A DNA stretch of 64,000 nucleotides from Eledone cirrhosa (lineage: Eukaryota): contig OZ024761.1 of assembly GCA_964016885.1 (NCBI GenBank), forward strand, positions 24,490,001-24,554,000, given 5' to 3'. The first letter of the stretch is position 1; each line of letters opens with the position of its first letter. The translations under genes were made by a program, and so were the position numbers. The notes below the pieces were generated by a model. That model made no database searches. It saw only the letters and a program-made list of their open reading frames with translations, and was not told the DNA's origin. Below, piece after piece: positions 14,325 to 24,651 of this stretch.

Positions 14325-14935
14325 GGTCAGGTCACCAGTTGGTGCTACTGGTAACATGTATTCCAGTACAACCTGCCTCATGGTCGGGTCGTTGGCGACT
14401 AAACTGGCAACCCCACCAAGGTTTCTTGGTGAGGAGGGTGACTTTGGACATCCTGCAGGACTAAAAACAAAACCTGTCAAAGGGCAAAGGAGCTCTTAAG
14501 AGTCAATGGCCATCCAAAATCAACGTGAGAGATGACCCCTTAGCCTTTGTCAAGGCAGAATTCTAGGAGAAGGAAACTTCTGATCTAACACCTGCAACCC
14601 TGATGGTATCCAATGATGTTGACTTGTTCTTCTTTTAGATAAATATCACCTTGGTTAAGAGAGTGGGACTGGCTTTGTGCAGTGCCTTTGCTCACTATAA
14701 AAGCTTCACGGCACAGGCATTGCTTTATATCTGGAGATCTCTCTGCACTTGTCGTCACATGGTACCATGGGCCCAGCACTATGTGTCAATAATTGTCACA
14801 GGTGTAGTGTTTGTACCAGAGTTTTCAAGTCGCTGGCTGGACTAAAAAGTCACACTCGTTCAGCGCATCGTTAGGGGTTCTCCTACATGGAGATAAAGTA
14901 GTGGCCGTACTCGAAAACGAGTTGGCGGGTACCAT
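14325..14935 (+). mobile_element. RTE-derived element: 5'-leader-like segment joined to an RTE 3' end
   Basis: Contains the RTE-leader-like ggagaaggaaacttctga (~14566), a C-terminal C2H2 finger CSVCTRVFKSLAGLKSHTRSAHR* (14803-14874) and a 3' hairpin tail actcgaaaacgagt. Confidence 0.65.
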
Positions 14936-15286
14936 ATGTTTACATATATACATACATATATATCGCCAATTATACAATATAGTCGTCAATTGTATATATA
15001 TCATTACAAAATTGATTGCTGATAATTTTGTGTGATTTCTTCTCTTATCAATAGTTGTCATATTTTGGTTGGATTTCTTGACACGCAGACACACACACAC
15101 ACACACACATACACACACATACATACATAGACAGACACACCGACAGAAATACTCAGACAGAGAAGCAAACATATGCAACCACTCACATACACACATACAT
15201 AAGCAGGCAGGCAAACACTATATATATATATATATATATATATTCACATACATACATACACAGACACACTCAGCTACACACACACC

Positions 15287-15328
<42 letters not shown>

Positions 15329-15654
15329 ATCGAAAGTAGGTTTCTCTGAAAGTGTGTCGGCGAAATTCTTTGATTCGCAGTCGTGTGAGTGTGTGTAGAT
15401 GTAGATGTATGAATATATGTTGTATATATGTTCTATATCTGTATGATAGAGAGGGGGAGAGTGAGAGGGAGTGAGTGAGAGGGTATGTGAAATAATATTG
15501 GTTTGTGTAAGATCTGTCTGTGATATCGCTTGATTAATTTGGTCGTTTGTTTTTTGGAAAAATGATCTATTTATCTATTTATTTATTTATCTATCTACCT
15601 CTCTATCCATCTATCAATCTATCTATCAATCCATCTATAAATATATCTATCTAT

Positions 15655-15886
15655 CTTCTCTGATCTCCTGAGGAGAAGGGTTGCACACTTTTTTCGGGGG
15701 TGTGTGCGAGCCCCCAAGGCGCCTCCTCTCTATTGAGGATTTTGTTATAATTTTATTTTTTGTTATATTTGATTTTATTTTTATATATTGTTATTGCCTC
15801 CTCCTTATTGAAGACGCCTTGTTTTGTAAACTCCCCCCCATTGTACTTGTTCCACTTTTGATGCCCTGGTGGCAAATAAAAGAAAC

Positions 15887-15917
<31 letters not shown>

Positions 15918-16200
15918 ACCCCAGTAAAGTTACTGAAAGGTGGGTGAATGTAGCAAAAATGGCCCGAATCATTGGGCCTTCTCTGTATATAAAGAAGAGA
16001 GCAAAAGGAAGAAAGGAGCACTTGCAGAACACGCTCCTGTAGTTGAGGGTAGTTCTATCGACGGGGTATTAAACAAGCCATTTGTAACGCCTCTCCCCCC
16101 TATTGGGGATTTCGACTGTATGTAAAATCCCCGGCACATGTCTTTGTATTGTCCCCTTTTCTTGTACGCTCTTTTGGCAAATAAAGAAATCTATCTATCT
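15655..16200 (+). mobile_element. Two L1/Tx1-like LINE 3' ends (family E) with AATAAA and (TCTA)n tails
   Basis: ...aaactccccc..ttgtacttgt..cttttgatgccctggtggcaaataaaagaaa-(tcta)n, repeated at 32020 and 44065. The peptide VTERWVNVAKMARII at ~15930 resembles an ORF2 C-terminus. The clade assignment is an inference. Confidence 0.55.
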
Positions 16201-16202
16201 AT

Positions 16203-16233
<31 letters not shown>

Positions 16234-16936
16234 GTATGTATGATATACACATATATGTATTTGTATGTATGTGTCAATATATATATACATATACATAACA
16301 CATACATACACACACGTGTATGCGTGTGTGTGTATATATGTCTGTGTGTGTGTATATATACATATATGTGTTTGTGTGTATGTGTGTATATATGTCTACA
16401 TGTGTGTGTATATATGTCTACATGTGTGTGTATATATGTCTACATGTGTGTGTATATATATATGTGTGTGTATATATGTCTACATGTGTGTGTATATACA
16501 TGTCTATATGTGTGTGTATATATACATATACATAACACATACATACACACGCTTGTATGTATGTATGTGTGTATGTGTGTATATTTCCGTTTCGGTTTTT
16601 TGTTTTAATTAAAGTTGCCACCTATGATATTTTTTTTACATTTTAACCTCTACAAAGTTTTTGTTGTTGCCTTCTCTACGTAACACCTGCCTCACTTTCT
16701 TACACCTTTGTAGACGTTTCATTCTCACCTCAGACCGCCTATTGATACTACATAAAGCTTTGCAAATGAATCGAATATTCAAACAAATCATCAATAGTAA
16801 AGCTTACTTACATTGGCATAAGGCCAGCAAATTGAGGAGATGGGTAAAGTCGAGTAGATCGACCCGAGTACATCACTGGTACTTTATTTCAACAAAGCCA
16901 CGTATAAAACTTTTACATTATATTATCGAACCCACG

Positions 16937-17152
16937 AGGGCGGTGGATTGGCAGTATCGGTAGAGGGTCGGACGCCATGCTTTGCAGCATAGAGTTACGG
17001 CTCTTTATGATCTGAGCTCAAATCCCGCCGAGGTTAACTTTGCCTTTCATCCTTATGGGGTCGATAAAATAAAGTACCAGTCACGCACTGGGGTCGATTT
17101 AATCGACTTTCCCCTCCCCCCAAATTACTGGCCTTGTGCCTATATAAGAAAC
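16937..17152 (+). mobile_element. tRNA-derived SINE (Meta/MESC-domain-like main family) with 21-bp TSD
   Basis: A-box TGGCAGTATCGG, B-box-like GCTCAAATCC and core tttgcctttcatcctt..ggggtcgataaaataaagtaccag. TSD cattatattatcgaacccacg at 16916-16936 and 17153-17173. Confidence 0.9.
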
Positions 17153-17174
17153 CATTATATTATCGAACCCACGT

Positions 17175-17468
17175 ACATAACTGGTAGTTTATTCGATTTA
17201 ACTGGTACCCAATATCGACCCAATATTTAACTGATAGTTTATTATATCAACCACAGTAGTTAACAGGTACTATGTTATATGAACCCAGTATTAACTAGTA
17301 CTATATTATATCAACCCCAGTATTTAACTAGTACTTTATTATATCAACCCAGTATTAACCGGTACTTAAAATCAACACCAGTATATAGCTGGTACTATAT
17401 TTTATCAACCCCAGTATATAGCTGGTACTATATTTTATCAACCCTGGAAATATGGAAGGCAAAGCTGT
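17175..17468 (-). repeat. ~30-bp degenerate tandem repeat derived from the SINE core
   Basis: Units ctggtactatattttatcaacccc match the reverse complement of the SINE core, and the array ends in the SINE-like ggaaggcaaag. Confidence 0.7.
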
Positions 17469-17909
17469 AAACATGGATCCATCATTGAATTGTGAACTGC
17501 AGGTTGTACGGCGCTCAACCGATTCAACTTACCCCCCCCGCCTCTCTATGCGGCTATATTAATTAACACACAACATTTGCATACATAGACACACACATTT
17601 GTTTCAAACTAGTAGCGTGCATCACAAACAACACGACCACCACAGCAATAACCCCCACCACCACCACCACCACGACCACCACAACAACAATAACCACCAC
17701 CACCACCACCAACATCACCACCAACATCACCACCACCAACACCACCACCAACATCACCAACACCACCAACAACACAACCACCTCCACTACACCACCTCCA
17801 TCATTGTCATTTAGTTGAAATTAATATTGTGACTCTCCGACATCAAGTTTACTGTAAGACACTTTAAGATAATGATCTGTAGCTGCCAGGAAGATGTGTA
17901 TCACTTGGA

Positions 17910-20900
17910 AATAACAGCAACGACAACAATAACAGCAACAGTAACAACAACAACAGTGACAACAACAACAGTGACAACAACAGTAACAATAACATCAACA
18001 ATGACAATAACAGCAATAACAACAGTAACAATAACAGCAATAACAACAGTAACAGCAATAACAACAGTGACAATAACAGCAATAACAGTAACAATAACAA
18101 CAGTAACAATAACAGCAATAACAACAGTAACAATAACAACAGTAACAATAACAGCAGTAACAATAACAGCAGTAACAATAACAGCAATAACAGCAATAAC
18201 AATAACAGCAATAACAATAACAGCAATAACAATAACAGCAATAACAATAACAGCAATAACAATAACAGCAGTAACAATAACAGCAGTAATAGCAATAACA
18301 ATAACAGCAATAACAATAACAGCAGTAACAATAACAGCAGTAACAGCAATAGCAGTAACAGCAATAGCAATAACAGCAATAGCAATAACAGCAGTAACAG
18401 TAACAGCAGTAACAGTAACAGCAGTAACAGTAACAGCAGTAACAGCAGTAACAGTAACAGCAGTAACAGTAACAGCAGTAACAGTAACAGCAGTAACAGT
18501 AACAGCAGTAACAGTAACAGCAGTAACAGTAACAGCAGTAACAGTAACAGCAGTAACAGTAACAGCAGTAATAACAATAACAGCAGTAATAACAATAACA
18601 GCAGTAACAATAACAGCAGTAACAGCAATAACAGCAGTAACAGCAATAACAATAACAGCAGTAACAATAACAGCAGTAACAGCAATAACAATAACAGCAA
18701 TAACAGCAGTAACAGCAATAACAATAACAGCAATAACAGCAGTAACAATAACAGCAGTAACAGCAATAACAATAACAGCAATAACAGCAGTAACAATAAC
18801 AGCAGTAACAGCAATAACAATAACAGCAGTAACAGCAATAACAATAACAGCAGTAACAGCAATAACAGCAGTAACAGCAATAACAATAACAGCAATAACA
18901 TCAGTAACAATAACAGCAGTAACAGCAGTAACAATAACAGCAGTAACAGCAGTAACAATAACAGCAGTAACAATAACAGCAGTAACAATAACAGCAGTAA
19001 CAATAACAGCAGTAACAGCAATAACAATAACAGCAGTAACAGCAGTAACAATAACAGCAGTAACAGCAGTAACAATAACAGCAGTAACAGCAGTAACAAT
19101 AACAGCAGTAACAGCAGTAACAATGACAGCAGTAACAGCAGTAACAATGACAACAATAACAATAACAGCAATAACAATAACAGCAGTAACAGCAATAACA
19201 ATAACATCAGTAACAAAAACAGCAGTAACAATAACAGCAGTAACAGCAGTAACAATAACAGCAGTAACAGCAGTAACAATGACAACAATAACAGCAGTAA
19301 CAATGACAACAATAACAGCAGTAACAATGACAACAATAACAGCAGTAACAATGACAACAATAACAGCAATAACAATGACAACAATAACAGCAATAACAAT
19401 GACAACAATAACAGCAATAACAATGACAACAATAACAGCAATAACAATGACAACAATAACAGCAATAACAATAACAACAATAACAGCAATAACAATAACA
19501 ACAATAACAGCAATAACAATAACAACAATAACAGCAATAACAATAACAACAATAACAGCAATAACAATAACAACAATAACAGCAATAACAATAACAACAA
19601 TAACAGCAATAACAATAACAACAATAACAGCAATAACAATAACAACAATAACAGCAATAACAATAACAGCAATAACAGCAATAACAATAACAACAATAAC
19701 AATAACAACAATAACAGCAATAACAATAACAGCAGTAACAATAACAGCAGTAACAGCAATAACAATAACAACAATAACAGCAATAACAATAACAGCAGTA
19801 ACAATAACAACAATAACAGCAATAACAATAACAGCAGTAACAATAACAGCAGTAACAGCAATAACAATAACAACAATAACAGCAACAACAATAACAGCAA
19901 TAACAATAACAACAATAACAGCAATAACAATAACAGCAATAACAATAACAGCAATAACAATAACAGCAATAACAATAACAGCAATAACAATAACAACAAT
20001 AACAGCAATAACAATAACAGCAGTAACAATAACAGCAGTAACAATAACAGCAGTAACAGCAATAACAATAACAGCAGTAACAATAACAGCAGTAACAGCA
20101 ATAACAATAACAGCAGTAACAATAACAGCAGTAACAGCAATAACAATAACAGCAGTAACAATAACAGCAATAACAATAACAGCAATAACAATAACAGCAA
20201 TAACAATAACAACAATAACAGCAATAACAATAACAGCAGTAACAATAACAGCAGTAACAATAACAGCAGTAACAGCAATAACAATAACAGCAGTAACAGC
20301 AATAACAATAACAGCAGTAACAATAACAGCAGTAACAGCAATAACAATAACAGCAGTAACAATAACAGCAATAACAATAACAGCAGTAACAGCAATAACA
20401 ATAACAACAATAACAGCAGTAACAGCAATAACAATAACAACAATAACAGCAGTAACAATAACAGCAGTAACAATAACAGCAGTAACAGCAATAACAATAA
20501 CAACAATAACAGCAATAACAATAACAGCAATAACAATAACAGCAGTAACAGCAATAACAATAACAACAATAACAGCAGTAACAATAACAGCAATAACAAT
20601 AACAGCAGTAACAGCAATAACAATAACAGCAGTAACAGCAATAACAATAACAGCAGTAACAATAACAGCAATAACAATAACAACAATAACAGCAATAACA
20701 ATAACAGCAGTAACAGCAATAACAATAACAACAATAACAGCAGTAACAGCAATAACAGCAGTAACAATAACAGCAGTAACAGCAATAACAATAACAACAA
20801 TAACAGCAATAACAATAACAGCAGTAACAATAACAGCAGTAACAGCAATAACAATAACAACAATAACAGCAATAACAATAACAGCAGTAACAATAACAGC

Positions 20901-21262
20901 AGTAACAGCAATAACAATAACAACAATAACAGCAATAACAATAACAGCAGTAACAATAACAGCAGTAACAGTAACAATAACAATAACAGTAACAACAATA
21001 ACAGCAATAACAATAACAGCAATAACAATAATAACAATAGCAGCAATAACAACAGTAACACTAACAGCAATAACAGTAACAATAACAACGACAGTGACAA
21101 CAGCAATAACAACAACAGTAACAATAAGTGACAATAACAGCAATAACAGTAACAATAACAACGACAGTGACAACAGCAATAACAACAACAGTAACAATAA
21201 GTGACAATAACAGCAATAACAACAACAGTAACAATAACAACGACAGTGACAACAACAATAAC
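17910..21262. repeat. 3.3-kb compound trinucleotide array built almost entirely from RYA triplets (ACA/ATA/GCA/GTA)
   Basis: Directly visible. It explains the 1110-, 1098- and 1086-aa low-complexity ORFs. Confidence 0.95.
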
Positions 21263-22067
21263 TGTGATGATGGTAATGGTAATGGTGATGATGATGATGG
21301 TGATGATGATGGTGATGACACTGCTGCTGATGATGAGGATAATGCTGAAGTTAATAATGATGATGGTGATGATACATCCAATCCAGCTGTAGTAGCGAGC
21401 AATTCTGGGGGTTGAGGAAAGTCGCAGTAATCAACACCACTATTTTACAGGCAATATATATTTCACGATCCCGGAAGTATGAGAGAGAGAGAGGGAAAGT
21501 TGTCATCGCTGGGATTCGAACTCCGAACGTAAACAGCCAGAACACAGCAAAGCAATTGTCGAACGTTTGAAGGACTCGACTCCACAAAAATCAGCAAAAA
21601 TATTTAGCGCTTGCGTCGTAGAACATCATCCTGACTTTTCATCCTTACGCGGTTGATAAAATAAAGTACCAGTAATGTACTTGGGTCGATTTAAAGTGTA
21701 GTGTGCATATTGATATTATACGCAAATATACATGCATGTCAATATGATACATCAAATAAAATACTAATTGACAATATACACAGAAATTGAAGAGAGACTG
21801 TGTTACACTGTCTTCTGTAATCAGTAAAGTAATCCATGATACATTTTAAAAAGACGATATTATATATAAACTACATTACGGTGAAATGTAATGGAAAACG
21901 AAAAAGGAGAACATTAGCGACGGAAATATAAACCTTACATAACGATGCAAATATATGAACGTGTACATAAGCGATGTGATGAGTGTTATGATATAACGGA
22001 CGCTAACCGGAAGTGTAGACATTTGAAAATTTTAAAAGAAGTGAATCTTAAAATAAGCAATCACTGT

Positions 22068-22472
22068 TGAATTGGCAGTATCGGTAGAGGGTCGGACGCC
22101 ATGCTTTGACGCATAGAGTTACGGCCCTTGCCATTCTGAGTTCAAATGCCGCCGAGGTTAACTTTGCCTTTCATCCTTACGGGGTCGATAAAATAAAGTA
22201 CCAGTAATGTACTGGGATAATTACCGGCCTTGTGCGAATAGTAGAAACAATTATATATAAGAATATTTATATTTAATCAACAGCTACGAAATTTAGTACA
22301 TAAATTATGTGATAGTCATTTATTATTTATTCAAGTTACGTCCCTTTACGATCTGAGTTCAAATCCCGCCGAGGTTGACTTTGCCTTTCATCCTTACGGC
22401 GTCGATAAAATAAAGTACCAGTAATACACTGGGTATTTGCTGGCCTTGTGCCTAACGTAGAAACAATTATTT
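22068..22472 (+). mobile_element. Two main-family SINE copies (22068-22255 near full length; 22335-22472 5'-truncated)
   Basis: A/B boxes (GAGTTCAAAT), core and tail ggccttgtgc..gtagaaacaatt. Confidence 0.88.
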
Positions 22473-22601
22473 ATTCAAATTACAAATTAATCTAACTTAT
22501 TTTACTAACAGGATAACAAATATATATTCAGGACGCAGTCCCGCACTTCTTCCTTTATTATATTATGATTATAGTATCATTGTTATTCACTCACGAATAG
22601 T

Positions 22602-22641
<40 letters not shown>

Positions 22642-22883
22642 ACTGAGTGATGAGCTTTCACCGTATCTTGACTATAGAAAATAGTCCAATATATGAACGC
22701 CAAGAACGGTTTCATAGATGGATAGACACATGGATAGACTGATAGATAAAGAGAAAGAATGATACATATATATTTATAGATAGATATGTTTCTTTATATC
22801 TAATATATATATATAGATAGATAGACAGTTATATATATATACATATATAGATAGATTGATACATAGATATATACACAGATAAT

Positions 22884-22926
<43 letters not shown>

Positions 22927-22956
22927 CTTAAAAAATACATAGCATCAATGTTTTAA

Positions 22957-22991
<35 letters not shown>

Positions 22992-23364
22992 ATTTAGAAA
23001 AATTCTTTTTTAATTAAAAAAAATTAAAAAAACATTTTTTTTTAAATTAAAAAAAAAAATTTATAAAAAAATAAAAAAAACATTTTTTTCTTAAATAAAA
23101 AAAAAAAAAAATTTAATTAAAAAAAAATTTTTTTTTCATTTTTTTTTAAATGAAAAAAAATTTATTTAAATGAAAAAAAATTTTTTTTAACTGTTAGATT
23201 GATGCCATGTATTGTTTAAGCTGTATTACACACACCCTCTCTATTGTTTGTATTATATATATTTCTCATGTTCTCAATATAAATATTGAGTTTTGTCTTA
23301 TGTTAATCACTACCAAGACTGAATCTTAACCATCTACTATGTCAGGGTATGTCATGAATCATCT

Positions 23365-23431
23365 TATTTTATCTGATGATGACGTACTGTTGAACTGAAC
23401 TCAGTACCTCTGAAATATGTATAATAAAATA
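23365..23431 (+). ncRNA. Minimal type-I hammerhead motif in a PLE-terminal-like remnant (~23260-23570)
   Basis: uauuuuau-CUGAUGA-..guacug..caguac..-GAAA-uaugua-UA-auaaaaua, with a perfect 8-bp stem I. Confidence 0.78.
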
Positions 23432-24592
23432 TACTTGATCACAAGAATATCTATTTTGTTAATATTTTGAATAAATATTAATAACTCTGGAAACCCTTTT
23501 TTCTGTTGAGTGCATACAATCTATTGTAAAACTCATTCTTTGATGTATTCATTGAACCTTGTTTAACTTATATATACAGAGAGATAGGGAGAGAGAGAGA
23601 GAGAGAGACAGATAGCAAGATAAATAGACAATATATGTTATGCGTGTGATGTATAAAATAAAATGAACTGATTTATAAATGTATAAATAACTTTAAATGT
23701 CATGTACATAGTAAATAAATCCAGTTGTCTTCGTTAGTAAATTTTGAATTCCCTTGTCTTTTGTATGAAGAATATCTCCAGGAAATATTCTGTTTAAAAC
23801 CAGTTCGGCTGACATCTCTGATGAGACCATTCGTATTCTCCCGCGGGCAATATAAATTGTCTTCTTAGTCTACTCTCAAACAAAAACAGTCTACAACTAA
23901 CCTAACTTATTATTGTTGTCTATATTTCTGTCAGTTTATTTTAACATTTTAACACAACCTCACTCTGCAAACAAAACCAAAAACCACTCGTGTGGACGTT
24001 ACGTAGAGTAAACTGCACACATCCGGACACATATGAGCGCACGCGCGTACACACGCACATACTTATATATGCTTATATATGTAAATCTATATATATATGT
24101 ATATACACACATATATATATGTATATACACACATATATATATGTATATACACACATATATATATATATATACACACATATATATATATATGTATATACAC
24201 ACATATATATATATATGTATATACACATATATATATATATATATGAATATACACATATATATATATGTGTATATCTAAGTATGTATACGTACATACATAG
24301 ATGTATACAGACGTACAGTAGTATGTATACATACTACTGTACGTCTGTATACATTAATGTATGTACGTATACATACTTATATTTAAGTAACAGCCGTAAT
24401 AAGAGTGAGAAAGGAAATTTCGTTTCATTTTTTTCCGTTCACATATATATATATATATGTATATACACACACATATATATATATATATACACACATATAT
24501 ATATATATGTATATACACTTATATATATGTATATACACTTATATATATGTATATACACATATATATCTATATACATATATATATATATATAC

Positions 24593-24629
<37 letters not shown>

Positions 24630-24651
24630 TATATATATGTATATATATATA

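Noticed and set aside
16937-17040. SINE heads as tRNA genes
   Set aside because: A/B boxes are present, but there is no cloverleaf. The heads continue into the SINE core/tail and are bounded by TSDs.
17864-21204. 1110-aa Thr-rich, 1098-aa and 1086-aa poly-Leu ORFs as mucin or membrane proteins
   Set aside because: They are a by-product of the RYA trinucleotide array. They are open on both strands, with no signal peptide, domain or Pro/Ser content.
22925-23226. Terminal inverted repeats (tacagcttaaa..gcatcaat / attgatgc..tttaagctgta) around an A/T homopolymer interior as a MITE
   Set aside because: It is a single copy, the interior looks like low-quality or slipped poly-A/T, and it cannot be classified from this window.
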